A stretch of DNA of 64,000 nt, taken from positions 54,351 to 118,350 of the forward strand of contig JAIOJA010000057.1 of NCBI GenBank assembly GCA_019912315.1, read 5' to 3'. The notes below the pieces were generated by a model. The model did not search any database and had not been told where the DNA came from. It worked only from the letters and a program-made list of their open reading frames with translations. The translations under genes were made by a program, and so were the position numbers. This DNA comes from Planctomycetota bacterium (GTDB taxonomy: Bacteria; Planctomycetota; UBA8742; UBA2392). How positions within the stretch are numbered: position 1 is the stretch's first letter; every line of letters begins with the position of its first letter. Below are positions 19,761 to 29,761 of the stretch, in pieces.

Positions 19761-20597
19761 ATGCCCAACACCGTACCCAGTGACTTCAACGCGATCGTTA
19801 TTACGCCGCCGGCACGTGTGGACAGCTCGACCATTCCCGCTATTCAGGTAGTTTCAAAACGCCACAAACTCGCGGACTTCGTGGGGCACCGCATTCTTCA
19901 CATGCACCAGGTGGAGACAATCGACAGCGCCGCCGTCGCCGGTCTTATCGACCTGATTGGCAGAGCCGACAAGGCGAAGCGACTGGTGTTGATCTGCGAC
20001 CCGCCGCCGATCGTACGCAGCTACCTGGACGTTTACGGCGCGGCGCACCTGCTGGAGGGGCGCGTACTCAGCAGTGCGAACGACGGTACGTACACCACCG
20101 AACTGGCAAGCTTCGTGCCGCCCTTTGTGCCCAACCCCAAAGGCCGCTTCGACATCTACCGCAACGGCAACGCAAAATCGTTCGAGCTTGGCGCCCACGG
20201 CACGAAGGAAATCGCGCCTGTTGACCTGTCAAGCTTCCCGCCCAAAGCACCGACCCGCGCGAACCGTATGGCGGTGCATGACGGCGACGCCGACGCGGAA
20301 ATCAAGGCGAGCGGATATGTCCACGTGCGCAAGCACAACTGCGGCTGCGACCACACGCATGTCACCTTCGACAAGCTGCACCAGCTTCAGGCTTGGTTTC
20401 GGAACAAGGGCTTCGACTTCCAGGGCCTGGAGCTATGGGCGAGCGACGTGCCGGCCGGCATGGTCACAGAGAAGATGACCTTTCGGGACAGGATGCACTT
20501 TGAACAGTTTCAGACCCTGCTGAAGATCGATTCGGGTTGGAAGAAGATCGAAGCACCCATGGATGATCTCGAGGAAGAATTCTACTGGAAGTACTGA
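19761..20597 (+). CDS. hypothetical protein with N-terminal STAS-like (anti-sigma-antagonist-like) region fused to a Cys/His-containing C-terminal domain
   Basis: ATG at 19761. Segment ...IDSAAVAGLIDLIGRADKAKRLVLICDPPPIVRSYLDVYG resembles the SpoIIAA/STAS fold pattern. C-terminal HNCGCDHTHV motif. The domain assignment is tentative. Confidence 0.45.
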   Translation: MPNTVPSDFNAIVITPPARVDSSTIPAIQVVSKRHKLADFVGHRILHMHQVETIDSAAVAGLIDLIGRADKAKRLVLICDPPPIVRSYLDVYGAAHLLEGRVLSSANDGTYTTELASFVPPFVPNPKGRFDIYRNGNAKSFELGAHGTKEIAPVDLSSFPPKAPTRANRMAVHDGDADAEIKASGYVHVRKHNCGCDHTHVTFDKLHQLQAWFRNKGFDFQGLELWASDVPAGMVTEKMTFRDRMHFEQFQTLLKIDSGWKKIEAPMDDLEEEFYWKY

Positions 20598-20626
20598 TGA
20601 TCCGGGGCGCCGGTGCCCCGGATCAT
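20595..20626. terminator. 13-bp perfect palindromic hairpin between convergent genes (bidirectional terminator candidate)
   Basis: gatgatccggggc / gccggt / gccccggatcatc. Overlaps the stop codon of the STAS-like gene and lies 17 nt from the stop of the convergent 961-aa gene. Confidence 0.6.
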
Positions 20627-20642
20627 CGATCTCCTGTGGCGA

Positions 20643-23528
20643 CTACTCGTCGAATGAACTCGTGACATTGCCGTCTTCATCCACTTCGACCCAGTGTTCG
20701 TCCATTTCAAGCTTCGCGGATACCTTGCCCTCGGCGTCTGTCTCGATCGTCAGCGCCTCCGGGTTCTCGAAGTGGAACCAGTCGTCTTCGCTGATGCCCA
20801 GCAACTCGCGCAGGGCGCCCAAAGGGTCTTCCTCTTCGCCACCCTTGAAGTTCAGCTTAAACTCGACACCCGCCTCTTCGGCCGCCCTCTTGAGTGCCAT
20901 CACCTTTCCGCGCAGATTGTGAATCTGGTAGACCTTGCGGGCGAGGTTCTTGCGTACGCGCCACTTGGGCGGCTTTACCCCTGGGGCAACCTCAGGCTTG
21001 TACTCCTGACCACTCGTGACGGCTTCCTGCAAGCGTACAAACTCTTCGGCGTGCAGCCACACCAGGTCCAAGTCGCTCCCGCTCGCAACGATGGCCAGGC
21101 GCCCGTTGTGGGCCCAGTCTCCCCTCATCATACACACAATGTGAAGTGACGCGTGCTTGCCCGTGCCGTAGTCGTCGGGCAGTCCGCGCCACTCGAAGCC
21201 GCTCTCTCCGAAATCAGCGGGGTTGTTCTCGCCTTCCGCGGGGCCAAGCACTTCGGTGTAGCTCTCCAGCATTGCCTTGAGGCGCGCCGCCATTGCGGGG
21301 TCAAAGGCGCTTCGCATTCCATCCATGGGGGTGAAATGCCCGTCGTCTGTAAGCGATGTCGGGGTGACTCCCTTGAGGGTTCGCGCGCGCTCGGCGTCTC
21401 CCATTTCCTGCAAGCCGGCAGCATTTGCGTCGCGCCACAACCCAATGCTGTGCTGCAGGTCTTCGAGCATCCGGCGGTCGTGGTCATAGCCCAATTGCCG
21501 GTGCATCTCGTCGGCGAACATGCGCATGACATTTGAGCCGTCGCTCTCTCCAGCCGTGCGGAACGTGAACCGCAGCGCGTGGCTGCTCTCATCGCTGGCG
21601 AGGCTCATGTGGAAGCCCGCCGGCAGGTACTTCTCAAGATCAAAGAACGGCATGGGCATACGCGTACGCAGCCGGTCCCGGTTGTAGTTGCCGCGGCTGA
21701 TCTTCGTCAGAACCGCCCCCAGGTTCACGTACGAGAACTTGCTCCCGCCGACGGTGCCGCCGGGAATGTTGCTGGTGCTCATGCGCCCTTGGCCCATGGC
21801 GGATTTCAGAATGCGCAGCGCCACGTCCTCGTTCGCGCCGACACCCACGAAGCCCTCCCCGGCGAAGAAGCAGAAGTCCGCCTGCAACCCGCGAAGGCGC
21901 AGAATCTCGCCGCCGTCCACTTTCTTGAACATCAGCGCTTCGGCCCGTTCCTTCGCCTCTTCGCGCAGCTCTTCAGGCGTATCTTCCGGCAGTTGCCGAC
22001 CCAGCACCGCGTCCAGCAGCTTCTCCTTGAACTCAGGCCAGCTTTCGGCCGTCTCCACAAGCGTAAACCACATGTCCTCGTAAGCGTTGTCGAGGTCGTT
22101 GTCGTCAAAGGTCGGGTCCGGCAGATTGAGAATTCCTAACAGCGCCTCGTGACCGACCGAGTTCAGTGTTTCGTCCAGGGTCAATCCCAGTTGCTCAAAG
22201 ATCTCCAGCAGCTCGTCGTGAAAGTCCTCCGCGTCGGTACCTCGCATGTTGCGAACTTCGCGGTCGGGCTCGAACGCACGGTATTCGTGGCTGTTGATCT
22301 GCTCATTGAGCTCGGCAATGCGCTGCTTGTACTCGTCTACGCGCTCGCGGGCTTCGGCAATCTGCTCGTCGAGCGTCGGCTCTACGTACTCTTCGCCTTC
22401 TTCTTCTTCGGGCACAGGCACGGGCTGGGCCTTCACGCCCTGCGGCCCCGGGTCAGCGACGCCATCTTCGTCCTTCTCGCCCTTTTCGTTGGCCTTCAGC
22501 TCCTCGAGGTTCTTCAATCGCTGCTCGGCCCATTCCAGGTCGCTTTCGTACCAGCCACGCTGGCGGCGCAGGCGGTGCGGGCGGTCATCCTGCTCGAAAT
22601 CGTGGAAATAACCCAACAGGTCGCTGTAGGTGCGCTGGTGGTCGCGCCCCAGTTGCAGGCTGAGAAAACCCACACATTCACTGGGGAGCACTCCGACCAG
22701 GCGGCTTCCGCCGGACGGTTTCAGAAAGGCGTTCAGCTTTTCAAATGGCTGGTTCAGCGAAAGAGACAAGTCCGCGGCGATACCGCCACCCGTACGCCCC
22801 GGCAGGCTGATCGTGCCCGCAACCATATCCCACTTCTGCCACTCGACCACATCAAGCGCGCGACGAAGATCGTCGCTGAAATCTTCACCCAGGCGGTCCA
22901 CGGCCGTACGCCAGGCCTTCATGTCGGCAAACAGGACGACATCGCCCTTGGCCTTGCTGCTCCATTTGGTGAAGCGCTCGACTTTGCTGAGGGACTCATC
23001 GTTGAAGCCGTCAATCACATCCTGGACGTGAACGTCCATCATGCCGCCGGTGGTAATCACCAGCAGTGAGGATTTCAGCCAGATGCGCACCCCTTCGAAG
23101 CCGATGCTGTCTTCCTTGATTTCGGCGTCGCGGTCGTTGTCCTTGATCCATTCAAGGAAGGCTTCGCTGAACTTAGCCGGCGCGCCTTCCTTCAACTGCA
23201 CCACAGTTGCGCTCTGGACGTACGGTTCGCGGATCATGACATCGCCGATGATGAACTCGGTCGTGCCCAGGAAATCGACAAATCCCCGCAACTCGTTGAG
23301 TACGGGGTCGGACTCGCGGACGTCGCGCTCATCACGCATAAGAAGCATGCGCTCGGCCTGCACGCGCCAGTCCTCGCCGAACAGCTTCTTCGCCGCCCCG
23401 GCCAAGTCCTCGACGCGGGTGTACAGCAACGAACCACGAGGCGCAAAATCGCCGGGCTCATAAGCTGAGAGCGACGTAGCGAACAATCCACTTAGCACAA
23501 CCAGCAGTAGTCCGGCGGTTCGATTCAT
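20643..23528 (-). CDS. large secreted hypothetical protein (961 aa, acidic, coiled-coil segment)
   Basis: Signal peptide MNRTAGLLLVVLSGLFATSLSA. Long uninterrupted ORF with a Glu-rich coiled coil around residues 330-420. No recognisable catalytic motif. Confidence 0.6.
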   Translation of the reverse strand: MNRTAGLLLVVLSGLFATSLSAYEPGDFAPRGSLLYTRVEDLAGAAKKLFGEDWRVQAERMLLMRDERDVRESDPVLNELRGFVDFLGTTEFIIGDVMIREPYVQSATVVQLKEGAPAKFSEAFLEWIKDNDRDAEIKEDSIGFEGVRIWLKSSLLVITTGGMMDVHVQDVIDGFNDESLSKVERFTKWSSKAKGDVVLFADMKAWRTAVDRLGEDFSDDLRRALDVVEWQKWDMVAGTISLPGRTGGGIAADLSLSLNQPFEKLNAFLKPSGGSRLVGVLPSECVGFLSLQLGRDHQRTYSDLLGYFHDFEQDDRPHRLRRQRGWYESDLEWAEQRLKNLEELKANEKGEKDEDGVADPGPQGVKAQPVPVPEEEEGEEYVEPTLDEQIAEARERVDEYKQRIAELNEQINSHEYRAFEPDREVRNMRGTDAEDFHDELLEIFEQLGLTLDETLNSVGHEALLGILNLPDPTFDDNDLDNAYEDMWFTLVETAESWPEFKEKLLDAVLGRQLPEDTPEELREEAKERAEALMFKKVDGGEILRLRGLQADFCFFAGEGFVGVGANEDVALRILKSAMGQGRMSTSNIPGGTVGGSKFSYVNLGAVLTKISRGNYNRDRLRTRMPMPFFDLEKYLPAGFHMSLASDESSHALRFTFRTAGESDGSNVMRMFADEMHRQLGYDHDRRMLEDLQHSIGLWRDANAAGLQEMGDAERARTLKGVTPTSLTDDGHFTPMDGMRSAFDPAMAARLKAMLESYTEVLGPAEGENNPADFGESGFEWRGLPDDYGTGKHASLHIVCMMRGDWAHNGRLAIVASGSDLDLVWLHAEEFVRLQEAVTSGQEYKPEVAPGVKPPKWRVRKNLARKVYQIHNLRGKVMALKRAAEEAGVEFKLNFKGGEEEDPLGALRELLGISEDDWFHFENPEALTIETDAEGKVSAKLEMDEHWVEVDEDGNVTSSFDE

Positions 23529-23736
23529 AGGTCTGTTTCCCTGAAACCGTGAGCGAAACGTATACGTTAAGTGCGCGTGCGGATGTTGGGGGTTCAGTTA
23601 TTCTGATTCCGCCAAGTCCGCTTGCACAGGGTTGTGACTATAGCGGCACATAGGTATTCCGGGGAGTCCTGAAATCTCGCGTGCTCTTGACACGTCCAGA
23701 GCACAGGCGAGAATTCGTTGTTTAGGCGGGGTCGGG

Positions 23737-25653
23737 GTGTTACGCAAGTTCCTGAAAATGCTGTCGTTTGCGCGTCCGTACTGGCGGTTCTACCTGACCG
23801 GCACAGCGGCGCTGGTGCTAGTGGACATCATGGACACCTTCACGCCCAAGCTGGTGCAGTGGGCGATCAACCACATCGAGTACCTGACGTCGGAGCGCAC
23901 GCCGCAGGACTATGAGCGCCTGGGCAATCCCGTGATGGCGCTGTTCGGGGATTCGCTAACCAGCAGCATGATCGGCGGCATCTGGGTATACGCACTGGGC
24001 TTTGTGATGATCGTCGCGATCACCGGGTTGTTTCGCTATCGCATGTCGCTTGATTACGCCCGCGCCAGCATCAACCTGACCCACGACCTGAGGGCGCGCT
24101 TCTTCGGGCATATCCAGCGTCTGGCCTCGCGTTTCCATGACCGCGCCAAGACCGGCGAGATGATGAGCCTCGCGACATCCGACATGGACAGTGTGCGCAA
24201 CTTTTTCGGCTTCGGGCTGCTGCTCATTATCGACACACTGCTCTACTTCATCATGGTGCCGATCTACATGAGCACAATCAGCTGGAAGCTGATGCTGGCC
24301 AGCGCCTTGTGCCTGCCCCTGATTCCGCTGATCGTGGCCAAGCTCGCCCATGCCATTGAGGACCGCTACGACAGCCTGCAGGTGCAGTGGGCCGTGGTAG
24401 CCGAGCGCTCACGCGAGTCATACGCAGGGGCCAAAGTGATCAAGTCGTTTGTGCAGGAAGACAGCGAAGTCCGAATGTTCGGCAGGCTGTCGCGCGAGTA
24501 CTTCCGGCGCGGCATGCACCTGGCAAAAGTTGTCGCCCTGGAAAACCCGCTGCTGGTGCTGATGCTGGGCCTGGCCGACCTTGTGGTGGTGATCTACGGC
24601 GGCAGCATGGTGATCAACGGCGAGATCACCGTCGGCGCATTCGTCGCGTTCTTCCAATGGCTGATACGTCTCAGCGGCCCGATGATAGGGCTGGGCTGGG
24701 TGGTGATGCTGTACCAGCGCGGGCGCGTAAGCATGAACCGCATCCAGCGCATTATCAGCGTGAAGGCCGAAATCGTGGAACCCGAACTGCCGGCCGACGT
24801 CAGGCAGCTTACCGGCGCGGTCGAAATCAAAGACCTGAGCTTCAAGTACTTCCCAGCGCCGAGCGTCAGCGCGGTCGTCGGTGACGACGACGACGAGAAG
24901 CTGGCGGAGCCCGACTGGGCCCTGCGCCACGTGAGTTTGAAGATTGAGCCGGGCAGGACGCTGGCAATCGTCGGGCCGGTCGGCAGCGGCAAGTCAACGC
25001 TGCTGGGTCTGATCCCGCGCCTGTACGATCCGCCGTCGGGCACGGTGTTTCTGGGCGGGCACGACGTACGCAGTATCAGCCTGGACGTGCTGCGCACGCA
25101 GATCGGCTGTGTGCCGCAGGAGACCTTCCTCTTTAGTGAAACCATTCTGCAGAACATTGCGCTGGGTACGTTGGGCAACGACCACGAGGTTGCGAGCGCC
25201 GGCAAGGCCCATGATGCAGACGTCGAGTGGCTGAAGCAGTGCGCACGCATCGCGCAGGTTGAGCAGGATGTGCTCAGCTTTCCGAAACAGTACGACACGC
25301 TGCTGGGTGAGAAGGGCGTGAACCTGAGCGGCGGGCAGAAGCAGCGTGTGGCCATCGCCCGCGCGATCGCCCGCAAGCCGGCGATTCTGCTGCTGGATGA
25401 CTGTCTGAGCGCGGTCGATACGCAGACAGAAGAAGCGATCTTGAAGGGACTGAAAGGAGTGATGCAGCAATGCACCACGGTGATCGTGAGCCACCGCGTT
25501 AGCACCGTCGAGCACGCGGACGAAATCATCGTGCTGGACAACGGCCAGATCGCCGAGCGCGGCACACACGAAGAACTGCTGATGAACAAGGGCTACTACG
25601 CCGAGCTGCACGGAAAGCAGCAACTCGAAGTCGAGTTAAACGAGCAAGGATAG
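23737..25653 (+). CDS. ABC exporter, fused permease/ATPase subunit (type I exporter half-transporter, degenerate Walker-B catalytic residue)
   Basis: Six-TM domain plus NBD. Walker A GPVGSGKST, signature LSGGQKQRV, Walker B LLLDDCLSAVD with Asp in place of the catalytic Glu. Start ambiguous between GTG 23737 and ATG 23758. Confidence 0.85.
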   Translation: MLRKFLKMLSFARPYWRFYLTGTAALVLVDIMDTFTPKLVQWAINHIEYLTSERTPQDYERLGNPVMALFGDSLTSSMIGGIWVYALGFVMIVAITGLFRYRMSLDYARASINLTHDLRARFFGHIQRLASRFHDRAKTGEMMSLATSDMDSVRNFFGFGLLLIIDTLLYFIMVPIYMSTISWKLMLASALCLPLIPLIVAKLAHAIEDRYDSLQVQWAVVAERSRESYAGAKVIKSFVQEDSEVRMFGRLSREYFRRGMHLAKVVALENPLLVLMLGLADLVVVIYGGSMVINGEITVGAFVAFFQWLIRLSGPMIGLGWVVMLYQRGRVSMNRIQRIISVKAEIVEPELPADVRQLTGAVEIKDLSFKYFPAPSVSAVVGDDDDEKLAEPDWALRHVSLKIEPGRTLAIVGPVGSGKSTLLGLIPRLYDPPSGTVFLGGHDVRSISLDVLRTQIGCVPQETFLFSETILQNIALGTLGNDHEVASAGKAHDADVEWLKQCARIAQVEQDVLSFPKQYDTLLGEKGVNLSGGQKQRVAIARAIARKPAILLLDDCLSAVDTQTEEAILKGLKGVMQQCTTVIVSHRVSTVEHADEIIVLDNGQIAERGTHEELLMNKGYYAELHGKQQLEVELNEQG

Positions 25654-25659
25654 GGGACA

Positions 25660-25700
25660 GGTGTCAGGGAACAGCAACCGCCGGACGTTGCCCTGACACC
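25660..25700 (+). promoter_or_regulatory. intergenic stem-loop between the two ABC half-transporter genes
   Basis: ggtgtcaggg (25660-69) pairs perfectly with ccctgacacc (25691-700) across a 21-nt loop, followed by a partial direct repeat tgacacctga. Sits in the 60-nt gap between the stop (25653) and the next start (25714). Confidence 0.5.
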
Positions 25701-25713
25701 TGACACCTGAACC

Positions 25714-27750
25714 ATGGCTGACACGTTTGAAGAAGACCTGCTAGAGGACAAGATCAAGACGAATGTCTGGGATCCGGCCCTCTTTCGCCGCATGGCCGGC
25801 TACACGCGCCGTTACTGGCTACGTGTGGTTACCGGCACGCTGCTCGTCTTCATTGTGGCGGGCTTTGCCATTCTTCCGCCGGCCCTGATGGGCGCCACGG
25901 TCGACATCGTCTTCTGGAAGAAAGACAGCGTTCTCGCGGAGCGCGTCGGCGGCGTGATCCAGTTCGTACTGCCGGGGTTCGACGGCTTCAGCGACACCAA
26001 CAAGCTATGGGTCATGGCTTCGCTGTTTCTGCTGATGCGCCTCGGCGCGTTCTTCACGGAATGGGGCAACGGCTACCTGCTCGCGGGGCTGGGCCAGCGC
26101 GTGATTCACGACATTCGTATGCAGCTTTTCACGCACGTACATAACCTCAGTCTCAGCTACTTCCATCGCCACCCGGTGGGGCGCCTCGTGACGCGCACAA
26201 CCAACGATGTCGGCGCCATGGAAGAGATGTTCAGCACGGCGCTTGTCATGATTCTCAAGGACTGCGCCATGCTCGTCGGCATCGTGATGGTGCTGCTCGC
26301 AATCAACCTGAAGCTGGGGCTGATCGCCATGGCCGTGGTGCCGCCGATGGTTGTCGCCACGCTGATCTTTCGCAAGTACGCGCGCAACGCATACCGCAAG
26401 TGGCGCGCGGCGCTGTCACGCATCAACGCCTTCACCGCCGAAGTGCTGGGCGGCGTTCGTGTTGTTCAGCTCTTTCATAAAGAAGAGCGCAACGACGAGG
26501 CCTACGACAAGATCGGCCAGGACTACAAGAAGCACTTCATTGACCAACGCACCGCCTGGGCGATCTTCCGCCCGGTCAACACCACCCTGTCCGCCGCCGG
26601 TATCGCCCTGGTGATCGCATTCGGCGGCGCGGCCGTGATCGGTCAGTTTGAAGTGTCAGGCACAGAGGTGTTCACGGTCGGGTTGCTGTTCGCTTTCATC
26701 GGCTATACCGAACTGTTCTTCACACCGATCCGCGACCTGACGGAAAAGTTCGAAGTGGTGCAGGGTGCCATGACAGCGGCCGAGCGCATTTTCACCATCA
26801 TCGACGAACCAAAAACGATCGTGAACAGACCCGGCGCGCAGGACTTCGGGCGCGTTGAAGGCGAGGTCAAGTTCGAGGAAGTTCACTTCGAGTACAAGAC
26901 CGGCGAGCCCGTGCTGCGCGGTGTCGACTTCACGATCAACGCGGGCGAAACCGTCGCGATCGTCGGGCACACCGGCGCCGGCAAGACAACCATCATCAAC
27001 CTGGTCTGCCGCTTTTATGATATCCAGGGCGGCTACGTGAAGGTTGACGGGCACGATGTGCGTGACTGGACCCTGGCCGGACTGCGCCGCAACATCGCGA
27101 CCGTGCACCAGGATGTGTTCCTGTTCGCGGGCACTGTGTTCGACAACATCCGCCTCGGCGACGACACCATCACGCGCGAGCAGGTTGAGAAAGCCTGCAA
27201 GTACGTCGGTGCGGATCCGTTCATCCGCAAGCTTGACGGCGGCTACGAAGCCAAGGTGGAAGAAGGCGGCAAAACGTTCAGCGCCGGTGAGCGCCAGTTG
27301 CTGTCGTTTGCACGTGCGCTTGTATTCGACCCGGCCGTGCTGATTCTCGACGAAGCCACCAGTAGCATCGACACGCACACGGAAGAGTTGATTCAAGAAG
27401 CGCTGGAGAAGTTGACCAAGGGGCGCACAAGCATCGTGATCGCGCATCGCCTCAGCACGATTCAGAAGGCCGACAAGATTCTTGTGATGCACAAAGGCAA
27501 GCTGGCTGAAAGCGGAAGCCACCAGGAACTGTTGCAGCACAAGGGGCTGTACCACAAGCTTTACGAATTGCAGTACAAGGCGCTTGAGGACACGCCCAAA
27601 GAACCCGAGATCGCGGCGGAAACCGCGCCGTCCCTCACGCCTCGCCACAGCAGCGGCGCCCTAAGAACCGCCGCGGCGACGGCGACAGGCAAGGCCGGCC
27701 CCGCCGCCTCGGACGCCACCAAAGAGCGTTCAAAATCTGACGACAACTAG
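25714..27750 (+). CDS. ABC exporter, fused permease/ATPase subunit (partner half-transporter, degenerate signature motif)
   Basis: Walker A GHTGAGKTT, canonical Walker B LILDEATSSID, but signature motif FSAGERQ in place of LSGGQ. This is the complementary asymmetry expected of a heterodimeric exporter. Confidence 0.85.
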   Translation: MADTFEEDLLEDKIKTNVWDPALFRRMAGYTRRYWLRVVTGTLLVFIVAGFAILPPALMGATVDIVFWKKDSVLAERVGGVIQFVLPGFDGFSDTNKLWVMASLFLLMRLGAFFTEWGNGYLLAGLGQRVIHDIRMQLFTHVHNLSLSYFHRHPVGRLVTRTTNDVGAMEEMFSTALVMILKDCAMLVGIVMVLLAINLKLGLIAMAVVPPMVVATLIFRKYARNAYRKWRAALSRINAFTAEVLGGVRVVQLFHKEERNDEAYDKIGQDYKKHFIDQRTAWAIFRPVNTTLSAAGIALVIAFGGAAVIGQFEVSGTEVFTVGLLFAFIGYTELFFTPIRDLTEKFEVVQGAMTAAERIFTIIDEPKTIVNRPGAQDFGRVEGEVKFEEVHFEYKTGEPVLRGVDFTINAGETVAIVGHTGAGKTTIINLVCRFYDIQGGYVKVDGHDVRDWTLAGLRRNIATVHQDVFLFAGTVFDNIRLGDDTITREQVEKACKYVGADPFIRKLDGGYEAKVEEGGKTFSAGERQLLSFARALVFDPAVLILDEATSSIDTHTEELIQEALEKLTKGRTSIVIAHRLSTIQKADKILVMHKGKLAESGSHQELLQHKGLYHKLYELQYKALEDTPKEPEIAAETAPSLTPRHSSGALRTAAATATGKAGPAASDATKERSKSDDN

Positions 27751-28081
27751 GCAGGATTCTCGGGGCGAAGCCTACGTTACTCCCTTGTGAGGCTCTAACG
27801 GAGAGTGTCATCGGTATCAGCACCAGGCCAGGCGGGAGAAGTGTCGCGCCGGTGCTGAGCGGCCAATGCCGGCATCAACGTCTGGATGATCACACAGACT
27901 CATCACGCCGCACAGGCCGTGCTTGCGGAGCGACGACTTGGGTGACACGTGGGTGGACAAACATATCCTGAAGCCGTCAGGCACCACGAGCGCCGGCAAC
28001 GGCTAGGAAGGTGAGTAACCAGGGCCGGTTTTCCCCACAACCCCGGCGAAAGCGAGGCGGCGCGGCGATCATTGGCGATCA

Positions 28082-29662
28082 CTACAGAACCGCAATGTGG
28101 TGGTGAAAGTCGAAGATTTCGGGAGTGCTCTCCACGGCCTCAAGCAACCGGGGACCGTGCCGGGCGTAGGCAGCCAAAATCGTGATCACGCGCTCCTGCG
28201 GTTTGTCTTCCGGGAAATAGCGGTTCAACAGAGGCTCCATTTCCGAGCCGCCTTCCGTGATGGCCAGGGGCTCGTACTTCACCCGTGTCATCACATCCCC
28301 CACCGACCGCAGGGTTCGCTGCTCGAACTTCTGCAAATCCTGATCCAGCGGCTTGGCGAGCCCCGCGAGATTCTCCTTCAACTCGCTGATCGCGCGCCGC
28401 ACACCAGACTGCGCGTCCTCGTAGACAATTGCCGCTTCCCTCTGGCGCCACCTGAGGCGCTTGCGGTACTGCACGGCCTTGTCGAAGTCGCGCGCGTCCT
28501 TTGGGTCAACCAGCGTCATCGAAATGCGCGGAAACAAGGCAGGCATGAACACTTTGCTCGTGCGATGCAACCCCTTCAGCAGCGCGTGGTAGGCGATCTC
28601 CCCCTGTCCGCCGACATAGGCGACGGTCGGGAAAATCGCGTTCTGAATCAGTGGGCGCAACAGGACGTTCGGTGTGAACAGGGCAGGCTCGGCCCTCACT
28701 TCCGCCATCAGCGCCGTCTTGCTGACGTGCTCGTCACTTCCGTCAACGATCAGGCGTTTGCCTTCCGTGGTGACGTGCCGGCGTTCGCCGTCAACGGTCT
28801 TGAACAGGTTCAGGTGGTTTGTAATCGGCACGCCGGCGGGCAGGCCCAGCGCCTCCAGACGCTCGGCCACACGCTGAAGGGCCAAGCGGCGCTCTTCGCG
28901 CTTGTCGATTTCCTGGACGCACAGGCGCTTCCAGGCCGGGTGTTCAACCAGCGCCCAGGGCTCGATGACAACCAGCCCGCGCGAGCCCAGCAGTTCCAGC
29001 AGCAGGCGCGTGAAGGCGGTTCCGAAGTCGCGCCCGGCCCCGTCCCGCAGCATGGTGATGGCGCGTTCGATGTACGGCCCTTCGCCCAGAGCGTCTCCGG
29101 CAGCGCGCCAGGAGTCATCGCCGTGCTCAGGTAGCAGAATGTCGCGTACATGCCGCCGCCCGGCATCGATCGGAAAGCGAAACTTGCGAAGGTTGCCCGT
29201 GTTGTCCACGCTGCGGATGCGGTTGATCTCGCCGATATCGCTGTCGTCGCTGGCGTTCCAGAAAATCGGAATGCAAGGCTGGCCCGAGGCTCGCTCAACG
29301 TCCCGCGCAAGGCGAATCGCGGTGACGGCCTTGTAAAGGCTGTAAAGGGGCCCGCCACCTAACCCGGCCTGCTGCCCGGTAACGACACAAACCGACTGTG
29401 GATCGCGCAGTTTCTCTATGTTCGCAAGGCTGGCATGGGGCGTGGGGTGGCGCTCTGCGTAGGCCTGCAACAGGTCGCCCGTGGCTGCCCGGTCAAAACG
29501 CGGCTTCCAGGTACGGTTCAGGATGCGATTGGCAAGCGACGCCAGATGTTCCGGGCGACGATAGTCCCCGGCGTAAAATGACTCCACGCGCGCGAAATCG
29601 GTGATATACCGACGCCCTAGCTCAATGCCGCCGTCAAGATGGGAGTGGTCGAGCGGTCTCAT
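28082..29662 (-). CDS. bshC: BshC-family protein (bacillithiol biosynthesis cysteine-adding enzyme-like, UPF0747/COG4365)
   Basis: ~526 aa. Motif VVTGQQAGLGGGPLYSLYKAVTAIRLARD...IPIFWNASDDSDIGEIN, and later RPLIQNAIFPTVAYVGGQGEIAYHALLKGL, parallel the conserved BshC blocks (GGQQAGL..GPLYT..K, PVxPxFWxAxEDHDxDEIN, ..AFIAGPGEINYW). ATG at 29662 chosen; the ORF track begins at TTG 29677. Confidence 0.65.
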   Translation of the reverse strand: MRPLDHSHLDGGIELGRRYITDFARVESFYAGDYRRPEHLASLANRILNRTWKPRFDRAATGDLLQAYAERHPTPHASLANIEKLRDPQSVCVVTGQQAGLGGGPLYSLYKAVTAIRLARDVERASGQPCIPIFWNASDDSDIGEINRIRSVDNTGNLRKFRFPIDAGRRHVRDILLPEHGDDSWRAAGDALGEGPYIERAITMLRDGAGRDFGTAFTRLLLELLGSRGLVVIEPWALVEHPAWKRLCVQEIDKREERRLALQRVAERLEALGLPAGVPITNHLNLFKTVDGERRHVTTEGKRLIVDGSDEHVSKTALMAEVRAEPALFTPNVLLRPLIQNAIFPTVAYVGGQGEIAYHALLKGLHRTSKVFMPALFPRISMTLVDPKDARDFDKAVQYRKRLRWRQREAAIVYEDAQSGVRRAISELKENLAGLAKPLDQDLQKFEQRTLRSVGDVMTRVKYEPLAITEGGSEMEPLLNRYFPEDKPQERVITILAAYARHGPRLLEAVESTPEIFDFHHHIAVL

Positions 29663-29673
29663 GGCGCGAATGA

Positions 29674-29701
29674 TCAATCATCAATGGTCAATGATCAATG
29701 G
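29674..29701. promoter_or_regulatory. four tandem heptamers TCAATCA-TCAATGG-TCAATGA-TCAATGG in the bshC/GT2 divergent promoter region
   Basis: Perfectly phased period-7 array, AT-rich in a GC-rich genome, 12-40 nt upstream of the bshC ATG. Includes two TGATCA palindromes. Confidence 0.6.
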
Positions 29702-29761
29702 GGCATGAGGCGGAAGGCGGCAGGAACTGCGCTCCCACGCTGAATCTCGTAACCTGAACTC

